Assembly: GCA_002245135.1 (NCBI GenBank)
Contig: NGBS01000590.1
Coordinates: 62,001-126,000 of the forward strand
Direction: 5' to 3'
From: Proteromonas lacertae
Lineage: Eukaryota
DNA length: 64,000 nucleotides
Shown one piece after another: positions 1-13,556 of the stretch (positions within the stretch are counted from its first letter, which is position 1; each line of letters starts with the position of its first letter). The notes under the pieces were generated by a model, which did no database searches, was not told the DNA's origin, and saw nothing but the letters and a program-made list of their open reading frames with translations. The position numbers and the translations under genes are program-made.

Positions 1-168
1 ATTTTGAATATATAGTCGTTTTAGTAAAATACAGATGGAATTGTATTTGAGAATAAACAACATACAGTTGATAAATAACTTATGTAATAAACGAAATTGA
101 TCAAACAATCATCATACTCTATAACTCAACATGACAATAACACTAAAATGGTAATTAATACTCTTAAA

Positions 169-1329
169 TTAAGACAAAATAATATTACCATCTTTATCAG
201 TTTGAAAACGAGGTGTACACTTCACATGATCATAATCAAAATCAGGATCAAGCTCAAATGGCTCAACTTCATCTTCATACTCATCCTTTTCGACTACAGC
301 AGTATTAGTAGTAGTATTATCAGAAATTAATTTTGCTGGGATAGAAGATCTCTTCACTGGAGATGTATGAACATTATTACTAAAGAAATCTTTCGCATCT
401 AACCATTCACCTTCTTCACTGGGAATTTCATCATCATCATCATCATCATCATCTTTCATATTGCTTTTATCAACTTCTTTATTTTTATCATCAATATATT
501 TTATATCTTTTTTATCAATAAAATTATCTATTATTACTGGCGGAATGTCTTTGGGAGTTTCGTTATATAATCTTCCATTAATTATTCCATTATCTATTGC
601 AATTTCTTCTTCTATTTCTTCACTGTCAAATCTATTATTATTACTATTATTTTGATTATTATTTTGTTTTACATTATTTTCTTCTATTATACAATAACCT
701 TCATCTTCACTATCATTGTCTTTTTCAAAATTATCATTCTATTGATATTTTATTATATATTTAATATATATATATATATACAACTGTATCAGGTAAGGAT
801 GGAAATAATGTATCTGTATTAACTGATGATGGTAAATTGGTTGTTTGAGTTTTTGGATATGACAGAGAGTAAATTTCATCTTTTGGACCATCATGTAAAT
901 GGGGGAACAATTGTTTTAATGTCGGAGTAATGTCTTCAGATGATGTAGATGAGGTTTTTGAAGAATAATCATTCGGCATCGTTTTCTAAGTAATTATTAT
1001 TGAATTACATCTATACACCTATATCTTTCACTTTATTTCGATATTTCTTTAGTTTTTCTTTAGTTTCTGGCTTAATTTCACCATTAATTGATTCTGTTGA
1101 ACGATTTCTTGAATATAAATATTAAAAAATACTGAGGTTTAGGAACAGTTATTATATTATCATCTACTCGTTTTCCACACTTTTTAGCTTCGATTGCTTT
1201 CGCAAACATAACTCTTCTTGATTCTTCTGCTTCTTTATTCATTTTCCTAATCTTTTCGAGAAATTCTGGTGGTAAATCATTTACTGGGGTTTTTATAGTA
1301 TCAAATTCATCACAAGTTGAACTAGACAT
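169..1329 (-). CDS. Acidic low-complexity protein with a C-terminal IFTAP/C11orf74-like motif; 4 exons
   Basis: ORFs 1084-1329, 761-979 and 169-459 join in frame through GT-AG introns 1108-1132, 986-1016 and 739-781. The C-terminus EVEPFELDPDFDYDHVKCTPRF resembles my recollection of the conserved F-x-LD-x-x-FDYD-x-V motif of intraflagellar transport-associated protein. Confidence 0.6.
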
Positions 1330-1739
1330 AATTAAAAAAATGGATTGGCTTGAAGCTTGATTAATTTTTTTTAAATTTCTTTTGTTTAATGTGGTAGATG
1401 CATGTGCATTAGTATATTCACTACTAATTAAGTGTTAAAGTATATATTGCTTTTTGTTCTAAATGCTTATCAAGTGATTTTCAGTTAATTGCATACCATC
1501 ATTTTACGAATTAAAATGTAAAATATGGGAAGAAAGATTTAAATCTTGGTTCAAAATTTGAACCTAAAGGCTTTTACTCATTTTTTACTGTTAAAATTGA
1601 AATTTGTTAGTGTATAATTTAATTATAAAGGTATGAGATGATATACAGATGTAGAAGATGATTATACACATCAAGGCGATTGATTGAATTTTCGTATCAA
1701 TTTTTCTAAAATTATTAATTTTGCTTTTTAAAAGTTGTC

Positions 1740-2046
1740 TTGTATATAAATTTATTGTGCATAATATCTTTGCATTGGATCACCAGTTTGCATTCTAATA
1801 ATTTTGTTATATCAAGAGAAAACTGAAAAACGCTAAGCACTTCAACCATCAGTCGACATTCAACAACAAGGATGATGGATGATGGATTGCCTAACATAAC
1901 ATTAATATGTTTTGCTATTAATGGTTCTAATAAAGATAATATACCTGACTTAATTCAACAAAGAAAAACTGTTGTTCGAAAGTTAATTCAATTCCAAGAG
2001 AGTGGATTTAGGCCTGTATACGAACCTATATTTAATTCTAACTAAA
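1740..2046 (+). pseudogene. Possible degenerate IS630/Tc1-like transposase fragment
   Basis: Reads TLSTSTISRH...ITL...RKTVVRKLIQFQESGFRPVY, like the HTH-to-pre-catalytic linker of Tc1/IS630 transposases. There are stops and a frameshift upstream, and it ends before any DE(T/S) motif. Confidence 0.3.
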
Positions 2047-2711
2047 TAGATATCAAATACATAATTATTTTCAGCTATATATATCTAAAGTCCATATTCT
2101 TCGTATAATTATGAATGAGGTGATTCATGATAAAAAATACTCAAAATCTATTCATTTATATCATTCATGATTAAAATTTGTTAGAATATTTTAGGAAGAA
2201 ATGTTATTTCGTAATTATTTAAAAGATTTTATTATTGATATATAATTGTAAATAATGATTCATAGATATTGCTATGGATTGATGAATTCTATAAATTATC
2301 TGACAAAGTCACTATATCATCCTCATTATTGCTTTATATTATGTTAATTTAAATAGTAATTAGCCTCTGGATAGAATGAAATACTAATACAACTGCATTA
2401 ATGAATTATATTCTATTTTCTAAATAAAGGATAGATAATTACATTAAGTAATTCAAATATACAAAAATTGTTGTTTGTGTAATATCTTCTTCATTTCACT
2501 ATATTCTTATCAACACTTCCCATAATAACCATCATAACGTCAATTATATTAAAATAAATAATTGCATCACTTTTTATTTTGATTTTTATGAAAATAAGAA
2601 TCAAGCTTTGAAAATAGTAATTCAAGCTATTTTTGTATTTTATTTGTTTTTGAGTAAATATAAACAGCAACACATTATAAAGAATGTAAATGTTATATAA
2701 ATTCATATTAT

Positions 2712-4841
2712 CTAACTTTTTTGATGAGAAACTGATAATAATTCAAGTGAAGTGTTTTGGTATAATAATTCAGCAAATGAATATAATGGAGAAGGTAAAT
2801 CTTTAACAAGTAAAACAGGAGATGAATCATTATGACTTATCCAAAATTCTCTTTTATTCATATCAACAATCACTTCATAAATTGAACCATCTCCATGATT
2901 ATTGAAATTTGGATTTTTATTAACAACTCTTCCAATATGACAATATGAAGTAATATCTTGACTTTTACCATAAAATGCATAATAATTACATGTTGTTGAT
3001 TGTTCATAAATATAATTACCAGAATATGTATTATTAGTTGATAATCCTAACATCATTCCATCATATTCACTTCCATTTTGATAAAATTGATATTTGATAT
3101 GATAAACTCCATCTTCCATTTTCAAATTCAAATAACAATAACGATGATTATAGAATTTATTAGTAATTATTTTTCCATTATTTGATATTGATATTTTATC
3201 ACTTTTGTTTAATTCTGTAAATTTTGCTAATATAAATTCTAATGATATTTTAAATTTCTTTTCATTTACAATATTCTTACAACTTATTTCATATTTTCTC
3301 TTTTCGACTTCTTTATTCACTTTTCCATTAATTATTCCACTCTCTTTATTAATCATTAAACCATCTGGCAATGAAGGATTGATTGAAAATTCACATCGAT
3401 TTCCATCAAATGATGGAATTATTGATATTTCTTCATCTAATATAAAGAAATATTCTAATTGAGGATATGAAAATGATGTGATTTCTTTTGTTTTTAATTC
3501 ATTCAATAATTCTTTATCTTTTATTATTTTTATCATTTCTTCTTCTTCTTCTTCAAAACTCAGTTTATTCTCTTTTATATATTCAATTAATAATTCTTTC
3601 GATTTGGAGTTTAAATAATTATCTTCATTCAATATTCTAAAAAGAATTTCTTTTCCACATACTTCTTCCATTATTGAAATATCCTTTTTATCATCAATAA
3701 ATAAACATAAACATTTCATTGTTCGATTTCTTTTATTCTCATTGTATTCTATACATAATCTTTCCAATATAGTTCTCTTTTCTATATTTGAGATATTTTC
3801 TATTTAAATATATTTTTAGTATTTATACTTTCCATTTTCACTTTTTTATATTTCATTATCATCAATACTATTTCCATCATTTTTATTTTATTCATTTCTA
3901 ATATACACAGTATTTCATCATTCAATTCTTCTTCTTTCATTTTATCCAATATTCCTCTTTCTTCTTCATTGAATTCTTCTTCTTCATTATCTTCATTGTA
4001 ATTGTTGATTATTACATTTTGAATTCTCTCATCTTTTATACAATATATTTCTATATGATTTTTACATTCATTTTTCTTTAATTTTATATTCATTTCTTTC
4101 AACATTTCTTTATTCTCTTTTTCTATCTCTTTCTCTTTTATCTTTTCACAATCGATATCTTCTTCTATCAATTGCTTAAAATCATCTTCTATCTCTTTAT
4201 TATCATACTTTTTCTTTTGGAATTTATACCATTCTAATAAGCGATTTAATAACCATAACTCATTCACTATTATCACATCTTTCATATTTAATATCTCAAT
4301 CAAAGTATTCATTTCTAATCTCAACAAATATTCATTCTTATATAAATATTTATATCCTCGCTTTTCTATTTCCATATTTTTCAAGTCTTCTATCTCTCTC
4401 AAACATCCACCAAATACATTACATATATGAATTAATTTCATTAATACTTCATCATCTATATTATTCTTCACAAATTCATAACAATCATTTATTATCTCTT
4501 TTTCACAATAACATAAACAAAACATCAACACTTCACATACACTCTCTTTACAGATTATCAGTTCATCACCACTGTAGTATTTCTCCATCTCATAATAGCC
4601 AATTTCTTCGATTTCTTCATATAACTCTAAAACTCCAACAAACTCACCATCTAACAACAGTTTCTTTACAGTTTCATTTCCATTCACTAAAATTGACTTG
4701 ATTGACATTATTTGATTATCTCCAATCTTCACTTCTATATCACCAAAACCACTTTCGACCAATTTTCGACATAATCTATCATAAAAATAAATATAAAATA
4801 TACCCATTTTCTCTTATGCTTTTATTCACTTTTATTATCAT
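2712..4841 (-). CDS. BTB/BACK-like + He_PIG-type Ig + B30.2/SPRY-like protein, copy 1
   Basis: ATG 4841; introns 4776-4803 and 3800-3828 fuse ORFs 3800-4807 and 2712-3767. Motifs: GFGDIEVKIG...KSIL (BTB-like), NELWLLNRLLEW (BACK-like), FSINPSLPDGLMINKESGIING (He_PIG), ISNNGKIIT...GVYH...MLGL...VIVDMNKREFWISHN...LPSPLY (SPRY-like). Confidence 0.8.
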
Positions 4842-5522
4842 CTTTATGTAAATATAAAACAAAAATAACGAAATTGAATTTTTATCAAAATTTTGAATAA
4901 CCCCAAAACTTAAAATGTGATTTATTTCAATTGCAGAATATGTGATAAAGACAATAATACTCAATTATGATTTATTTATGCACATTGCCTATGATATGAT
5001 GATATAAATGATGAATAGTAAGTGAGAGTGTTAGTTAGTGTTATTGAAAGTGAAATGTAATGTAAATATCTCATTGATGGTTATTAATATTTTTAATGAA
5101 TTGGATGTTTCTAGAAGATATAAGAGATATAGATTGAAAATTTAGGTTGTAGTGCAATAAAAAATGTTTGTAGAGTGTATGATGTAACATCGGTAGAACT
5201 ATCTAATGATGATGAAACAATAGTAGTTGCAGTTGTTATTCCAGTAACGAAGAAATAAGCATAAAATGTTATGAATATTGCTTAAGTAATAAAAACAATA
5301 AATTTATATGACGAAGAAGATAAATAAAGTGATTATACTATAGAAGAAGAATGTTTACTCAATTTGTAGAAATTAGAAGTCAAGTATTTATTTATATTAT
5401 TATGAAAATAGTAGATATAAAAGAATTACTACCAAATTTCATTAATTGTATATATTATGTGTTTATAAAAGCAACAGTTTCTATAAATAGCATCATTATA
5501 AATAGTGGAATTACTTTCTCTT

Positions 5523-7039
5523 TTATTTTTTATTCTTTTCTGCTTGTTTTTCAACTTTATCATTTATCATTTTCTCTTTCACATTCATATTTTTCTTTTC
5601 TTTTTTCTCTTCATCACTTTTCATTTTCCTATTACTTTTATCATTATTATCTTGCTTATTCTTTAATTTATTCATTGAAAAGCATTTAACATCTTTTTCT
5701 TTCTTCTTTTCTGTAAAATCATATTTATCATTTTTTATTCTATTTTTAATTATTTCTTCTTTATTAGATTTATTTTCTTTGAATTTTCCTTTTAAATTAT
5801 CACCAACTATTTCAACACCATCACTTTTCTTAGTTGAATTGCTCTTTAACAATATCTCTTCTTCCTTCTCTGTTTCTTCTTCATCATCATCATCATCAGA
5901 ATTTGTAGGAGTTGGTTTTCTAGAGTCTTTTCTATAGCTCTTTTCACGAATAAATGTTGATTTTTTACTTTTTTTGCTAAGAATATTATATTTCTTTATC
6001 ATTTCTTCTTCTTCTTCAATATCTTCATTTTCATCATCTGTATTACAAGGAGAAGGTTTTGTTGAACTTACTCTTTTTGTTCTTTCAGGAAAACGTGTTA
6101 TCATTTTCTTTTTATTATTTTCACCAGTCATTACAGCTTCTTCTTCTTCAGTGTTTTCTTTACTTCTTCTCACAATCACATAATAAACAAAAGTTAGAGT
6201 GATAATAACAATAACACTACAGAATATAATAATTCTTATATTGTTTTGATTCCTTTTATCACCATCATTGTTATGAATATTAATTGGTTCAAATGTAAAT
6301 TCATCATTCGATGACAGTATTTGAATATTCAATCGGTTGAAAAAAGCACGATGGTTAAATCTACTACTAGTTTTTGTTTCCCAATTTGGAATTAGCAGTT
6401 TATCTTTTATTTCACTGTAACTGAAATCAATATCATCATATTCATCATAACTTTCATCAGTATATAGAAACAAATATAAAAATTTACTATTCATATTATA
6501 TATATATATATTACGGCAAATACTTTAATGATTTCTTTTTATCATTTACTTCGATTTCTGGTATTTCATCAGTTTGAGATAGAAATATCATCATATCATC
6601 GAAATTTCTAGAAAATATTATAATTATATAACAACATCAACATATATACTCTGCATTCTCGATCTCATCGATTATTATATAACCAGAATCTCGACATTCC
6701 ACGTATTCACGAATTCGATCTAAATGATCAGATGCCTTTCCTGATTCAGAATTATCAAGTATAAGTGCATCGTCTGGTAATGCTTCTAATACTTTTCGTT
6801 TAGAGTCCTAACAATTAAACTAAATCAAGCATACTGGAGTTGTCAACAGCATTATTGGTTTGATTCTCTTTGATTCTTCTCTATACAATTATCATATATA
6901 TCAATATATACATATCTTTTTCACAATCGATAGAAATTGTTTTACCTATATTATAAATCTACTAAATCATACAGCATATAGACTGTATTAATATCAAAAC
7001 AACAAATAAACGCATAGACGTCTTGCTATGTAAATCCAT
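5523..7039 (-). CDS. Type I membrane protein with a torsin/LAP1-like degenerate AAA+ luminal domain, copy A; 6 exons
   Basis: Five GT-AG introns of 27-42 nt give MDLHSKTSMRLFVVLILIQSIC (signal peptide)...KPIMLLTTP...IREYVECRDSGYIIIDEIENA...NKFLYLFL...RAFFNRL. A TM helix (IIIFCSVIVIITLTFVYYVIV) and a K/E-rich tail follow. The gene model is solid; the family call is tentative. Confidence 0.65.
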
Positions 7040-7277
7040 TCTTTTATGTAAATATATTCGTTATGAAAAATAAAAATTCTTTTATTATTAGTATATAGAT
7101 TATTTAAACTGGCATATTTACTAATAACAGTAATGAAACACATACATATATTTCATTTATTTGCAATGTGCTTTCATTAACCTCATCATCAATATGATAT
7201 ATAATCACCAAAACTAAATAGAAATGAATAAAAATGATAGTTTAACAGTATATTATTATTTGATAAGTATATAAATA

Positions 7278-8515
7278 TTATGTAACTTTATCTCCTACCT
7301 TCTTAAATTCATTTATAATTTTTCCTATTACTTCATTAATTATCACTTTCATTATTTCTTCTAATTCTATGTTTAAATTCTCTTTTCCTTCATTATTACT
7401 TTTTATTTTATTCACTTTTTCTTTATTACTCTCACACTTTTCTTTATATCCTTCTTCACCTTTCTTCATTTTATTTCCTTCCTCGATAGAATTTGCAGAT
7501 TCTTTATTCTCATCCTTATCCTTATTTATTTCTTTATTACTATCACTATCTATTCTTTCTTCTGATTTCTTTATTTCTTTTCCTTCTTCAATTTTCTTCA
7601 TCTCATTAACATGTCTTTTATCCACACTACTATCTTTATTATTTCTTTTCATTACATAGTAATATGAAATGACACTAATAATGGTGATAAATCCAACAAC
7701 AATACTACTTACAATCATATTGTCTTCATAAAATATTCTATAATTATTGCTATTAGTTAATGGTTCAAATGTAAATTCATCATTCGATGACAGTATTTGA
7801 ATATTCAATCGGTTGAAAAAAGCACGATGGTTAAATCTACTACTAGTTTTTGTTTCCCAATTTGGAATTAGCAGTTTATCTTTTATTTCACTGTAACTGA
7901 AATCAATATCATCATATTCATCATAACTTTCATCAGTATATAGAAACAAATATAAAAATTTACTATTCATATTATATATATATATATTACGGCAAATACT
8001 TTAATGATTTCTTTTTATCATTTACTTCGATTTCTGGTATTTCATCAGTTTGAGATAGAAATATCATCATATCGTCGAAATTTCTAGAAAATATCATAAT
8101 ATTTTAACAACAAGATATATCATACTCAGCTTTTTCTATATCATTTATTATTATATAACCATAACTTCGAGAGGAAACGTATTCACGAATTCTTTTCATA
8201 TGATCATATGCTCTTCCAGATTCATTATTATGAAGAACTAGTTTATCATCTGGTAGTACTTCTAATACTTTATCTTTCGATTTCTAGAAACTAAACTGAA
8301 TCAAGCATACTGGAGTTGTCAACAGCATTATTGGTTTGATTCTCTTTGATTCTTCTCTATACAATTATCATATATATCAATATATACATATCTTTTTCAC
8401 AATCGATAGAAATTGTTTTACCTATATTATAAATCTACTAAATCATACAGCATATAGACTGTAGTAATATCAAAACAACAAATAAACGCATAGACGTCTT
8501 GCTATGTAAATCCAT
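7278..8515 (-). CDS. Tandem paralog of 5523-7039, copy B
   Basis: Same exon structure with long identical blocks. The middle exon, TM helix (MIVSSIVVGFITIISVISYYYV) and tail are diverged. Confidence 0.65.
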
Positions 8516-8552
8516 TCTTTTATGTAAATATATTCGTTTTTTACCATAAAAA

Positions 8553-9228
8553 ATGTTCCATTATGTAAGATATGTGAAGAATTTTGCTAAACTCTCTATG
8601 TATAAATACTGATTGATTTATTGCTATGTAGAAAATTTAAAATACCTATCCAAAGTTATCATAATAACAATTTAATACCAACTTGTAGAAGATTTGCTGA
8701 TTCTACAATAGCAGTATAAATATCTTGTATTATAATTGTAAACAGAATGGTTCTGGATTAAATTTAGTAACAATACAATCTTTAGTTGATAATTTCTCTT
8801 CTAATAGTATGATAACAAGAACTCCATCCATGACTCCTGAAGAAATTAATGTATTATATAAATATAATATTAAATCATAGTCGTTGATAAATGACTTTAC
8901 AAAATTCGCTCAATCTCTTCAACAAGCATCTAATAGTGAAGATAAAGCACAGCATGATAAAATAGCAGATATATCAAACAAGCTAACAGACATAATGAAT
9001 ATTTTAGAATCAGAAATAAACAAAAGAAAACCTATTTATGAATATCATCAACAATATTCCAAAGAAGAATTAGAAACAATGGTAAAAGACTATGATGAAA
9101 TAATACTAGAAGCCAATGATACTATTCAGAATGGAACTAGTACAATGCATGATGGACAAACGATGGAGTTATTATATGAATTTCAAAGATTAAAAGTTGT
9201 TGCTAAAGATATTATTTCACACAAATAG
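8553..9228 (+). CDS. Hypothetical protein with a predicted mitochondrion-related-organelle presequence; 4 exons
   Basis: ATG 8553; introns at about 8600-8631, 8715-8746 and 8851-8880 join in frame to ORF 8884-9228. The N-terminus MFHYVRYVKNFAKLSIKFKIP...TCRRFA is basic, lacks acidic residues and has an RRF motif. Confidence 0.6.
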
Positions 9229-9265
9229 TAAATACAAAACATCTACTGTTATTATTTAAGATATA

Positions 9266-9753
9266 TTATTGTGGTGGTTGTGATGATAATACTTTTAGAT
9301 TATTTAGTGACATTAAAGCTGATAAATAATCTCTTTCTATAACTTCTCTTTTTTTGAATAAAATTCTAGTTTTTTGTATAATAATTGAAGTTTTTCGTCA
9401 ATTATATCAGAACACTTTTCAATTGGAACTTCAATAAAACAATTCAATCCTATATCTAAAAGAACTACTGATTTATCTTCTATAACTGCATTTACAAAAC
9501 ATTCTAACCCTATATCCACAAGAGATTTCATTTTTTCTTCATTCTGTATTTGTTTTACTGTTTCTTGTATTAATCGATAATCATTTATATCAGCTAATAT
9601 TTGATCACTTTTGTGTATAAAATTATCTAGCAAAGGCTGAAATGTATATAAAACTACATATTATACTTTTATTTTATTTTGAATCAGACTATCATATTGA
9701 ACTATTTTCTCTTGTATTGTATTCAAAGAATTTGTATTTGTTTTATCAGTCAT
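9266..9753 (-). CDS. UXT: UXT-like alpha-prefoldin subunit
   Basis: Intron 9637-9666 (30 nt). The KSLVDIGLECFVNAVIEDKSVVLLDIGLNCFIEV double beta-hairpin is typical of UXT/alpha-prefoldins. One extra A in the T7 run at 9349-9355 extends the C-terminal helix to TAA 9266-9268. Confidence 0.75.
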
Positions 9754-9835
9754 TTTATTAATTTTAAATGAGTGGGTTAATGAAAACTTTTGTTTCAAAA
9801 CCAATTTTGTTTTACGTTGTTTTAAAAAGTCAAAA

Positions 9836-11805
9836 ATGTCATTAATTGCACTATTATTCATCATAGAAATTACATTTGCAGCATGCCCTAATGGTTGTAG
9901 TGGACACGGTACATGTACCAATGAGGGAACCTGTGATTGTTTTAAAAGTGTAGGTTTAGGAGTAAATGAAAGAAATGTTGATCTTCCTAGCTTTACAGAA
10001 CCTGATTGCTCGTTAAGTATTTATCATATTTTTATTATTTTAGGAACATGTCCACAGGGTGAGAGTTTTGCTGCAATTAGTAGTACAGCATATACAGAAA
10101 GTGGTGTTTTGATAAGATCCGGAAGAGAATTATCTGAAGAGGAATGTAGTCTAGATAATTCTATTGTGGAAGGCGCAGAAGTAATAAATGTTAATATTGA
10201 TAATCCATCAAGTAATCGTTTTGATTTTGGAGGAACATTAAGATGTGGAGAAGAAAGTAATATTAATGCTTACACATGCGATATAGATGAAAAGAAAGGA
10301 GGATGTTGTTTAGTAGAGAAAAAAGTTAGTGAAAATGATGCTACAGAGACGGAAGCTGAAACTGGTACTCCAACAGATAATGTTAAACAATGTTCATTTA
10401 CATTTCAGAATTTTGATTTATCACTTGTTTATGCTTTATCTTTTGTAGAACCAACAGATAAAAAAGGTAATAATTCTGCTACTATTAAAGACTCTAAAGC
10501 ATTATTTGAACATTATGATTTTGAAACAGATTATGATTATCGATTTGCATGTATAACAGACACAACAACCAAAGTAGTAGAATTATATTATGCAAAATAT
10601 TCAGTAGAAGAAGGTAATAATAATAATGATGTTAAATTTACATTTAATTCAACTAAATCCAAGCCTAAAGGTTTGTGTTTCATGATAGTAGGTTGTGAAG
10701 GTTATAATAGCAATGAAAATTGTACAATTGCAAATATTCCATTGATAGAAAGTCAAGTTTATATTAATTATATGCATACTGAAAACTTCGTTTATCTTTT
10801 GAGAAATTATCTCAAGCTAATAAACAAACTGGTGTTATACCTAGTTTGAATATCTATACACCAAATGAAGATAATGTAGTAATTAAATCTCCAGATAATA
10901 AGAGTGAAGAAGTTATAAATATAGATTCTATTCCAATTGACGAGGATTTGAGATTGAATGGTACTTATATTCGTTTAGATGTATTATTTGGATTAAAAGT
11001 CTTTCAAGGGTTATCTCAATTAGTAGTTGGTTCAAGAATAGAATTAATGACAATAAATAATGGAAGAATAGTGAAAAATATATACAGAGTTAGAAAATTG
11101 GAATTTATTGATAATAAAGGAAATAAAGTTGATAAATATGGAAATATATTGAGAAGTAGAAATGTAACAGATGATGATACAACTTCAACAGATTCTGCTA
11201 GATTATTATATGATAATGATAATGATAATGATAGAATATTAGCAGATGTTGATAATTCCTCCTATATAATTGCAGTAATATTAACATATCCAGAATTAGG
11301 TACTATACATGCCAATAATGTGATATTTTCATTAAGTAAAGCTTCAAATGGCCATGTTACTGTAGAATGTAGTGGAGCAGGAACATGTAATAGACAAACA
11401 GGACAATGTCAATGTTATGGAGGATATGAAGGTGAAGCTTGTGAAAGAATGGGATGTCAAAATAAATGCAATAATCATGGTAGATGTGTAGCATTTTATG
11501 AATTATTTAAAGAACAAATAAGTGATGATGAATTACAGAATATGAAGAATAAATTTGGTTATTTTGGTAATGATGCAAATCCAAAGTTCTATGGATGTAA
11601 ATGTGAACAAGGATATAGAGGACCAGATTGCTCATTAAGAGAATGTCCTTCTGATAAAGATCCACAATCAGCTACAAATATTAATACAGATGGTGAATAT
11701 AGAGATTGTAGTGGAAGAGGTATATGTGATTATACTAGTGGTATATGTAAATGTCATGATGGATATACTGGTGCTGGATGTGAAATAATGTTGTCAGTTA
11801 TGTAG
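9836..11805 (+). CDS. Secreted EGF/tenascin-repeat protein of the stramenopile tubular mastigoneme (Sig/Ocm/Mas) family
   Basis: Signal peptide, then CPNGCSGHGTC...DCSL|RTCP (in-frame 27-nt intron 10017-10043). Also H.TVECSGAGTCNRQTGQC, GCKCEQGYRGPDCSLRECPS.KDP and terminal RDCSGRGICDYTSGICKC. The frame change near 10782 is a missing A or an intron at about 10757-10803. Confidence 0.75.
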
Positions 11806-11970
11806 AATTCTTGTTTTAATTATATATATATAATAATTATTATTATTATTGTTTTTTTTGTATTATTGTTTATTCTAATATTATTTTATGATGGCATTGT
11901 ATTATCATAATCATTTAATGTTTATTATTAATCAAGCTTTTTAGTATAGGTTTGTATCTCATTTTTAAAA

Positions 11971-13295
11971 ATGAAGTTTATTTACTTCTATATTGCATTA
12001 TTGGCAGTTGTATCATGTGATCAATGGGCTGTTATTTTAGCTGGATCCAATGATTTTTGGAACTACCGTCATCAAGCTGACGCTTGTCATTCTTATCAAC
12101 TTCATAAAGCACACGGCATTCCTGAAGATCATATCATCTTATTATCATATGATGATGTTGCTAATGATAAATTTAACCCATTTCCAGGACATTTATACAA
12201 TCAACCAGGTGAAAACCCTCCAGACGTATATGAAGGTTGTAAAGCTACTTATAGAGGTGAAAATGTAAAATCGTCAGTATATCTTGCTGTTTTGACAGGT
12301 GATGTAGATACAATTCGAAATGTAACAGGAATTAAAGACCCAGTAGTGTTAAAAAGTACAGAAGAAGATACAGTATTCTTATCATTCTTCGATCATGGTG
12401 CACCTGATGTGTTATGTTTTCCTGATATGGATGATGATTTAAAATCCAAAGATTTAATGAAAGCCTTCAGAACAATGTATAACAAGAAGATGTACAAAAA
12501 ATTGGTATTTTACGTAGAGGCTTGTTACAGTGGTAGTGTATTCACTGAATTAAGAGATACTATGAACATTTATGCAGTAACAGCTGCAAATGCTGAAGAA
12601 TCGTCCTATGGATATTATTGTAGTGAGACTGATACAGTTAAAGGAGTATTTCTTAAAACTTGTTTAGGAGATTTATTCTCAATTGTTTGGTTAGAAGATA
12701 CTGATTTAAACAAGAGAGATGAAAATTTGAAAGATCAATGGAAGATAATATTAAAAGGAACAGATATGAGTCATCCTCAACAATTTGGTGATTTAAAATG
12801 GTTGAATGAATCAATTTGGGATTTTATTGGAAATGGAAATAATAGCAATCGAAAATCATTAAGAGGTGAAGTAAGAAATCCCAGAATAAAATCCTATTCA
12901 AGAGCTGTAAAAAGTCAAGATGTTTATATGACATTCTTAAAGAATAAATTAACTGAAAGTAAAAATGAAAAGAGAGAAGTAAATTTTTATCAATGTTTAA
13001 TGAAGAAGAAAATTATCGTCGAGTAACTGATAATCGATTTAATTTATTGGTGAATAAAGTAACAGGAGGAAATGAGAGAATGAAATCTAAAATATTGAAT
13101 AGTGGTCCATCTTATTCTGCTAATAAAGAATGTTATTATGAGTTGATTGAAGCTCGAAAGAATTACTGTGGTAAAACTCGTGAATATACTTTAAAATATT
13201 ATCCTGTGTTAATGAATTTATGTGACTTCAGTGATGGGAAGAGTTCTTCAATAATAGATTCAATGAAAGAAGTTTGTAGAAGTTTACCATATTAA
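11971..13295 (+). CDS. LGMN: Legumain (peptidase C13, asparaginyl endopeptidase), copy 1; apparent -1 frameshift at 12968-12971
   Basis: WAVILAGS, NYRHQAD, catalytic His (FDHG) and Cys (EACYSG), and a signal peptide. The A-run has one A fewer than in copies 2 and 3. Confidence 0.93.
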
Positions 13296-13556
13296 ATAAT
13301 TGTAAGAATAAGATATTGTAATTTATATTTGAGATTTTGTTTACTTTTAAAAATTATATCATTTAAGTGTTCCATGCTTTCTCATATTCATAATTTTTTA
13401 ATCAACCTGAAATGGGGGGTGACTTCAATAAAAAATTACAAAATATAATTATTTATATCAAATATCGTATTGTTTCTTCATTAAACCAGCTCTACGAAGA
13501 GAGTGTGTCATTTTTTCATTCAAGCTTTTAAGTAGGTTTGTGTCTCGTTTTTTTAA

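Noticed and set aside
3768..3830. Stop-codon readthrough or an alternative genetic code at TAGs between adjacent ORFs
   Set aside because: The TAGs checked are the 3' ends of GT-AG introns of about 30 nt, and splicing restores the frame. Long genes translate cleanly with the standard code.
4980..5280. Possible decayed membrane-protein remnant upstream of BTB copy 1
   Set aside because: Too degraded to assign; recorded only as part of the duplicated segment.
9266..9340. Poly(A)-completed stop codon for the UXT-like gene
   Set aside because: A genomic stop exists in either frame (TAG 9337, or TAA 9266 after correcting one A).
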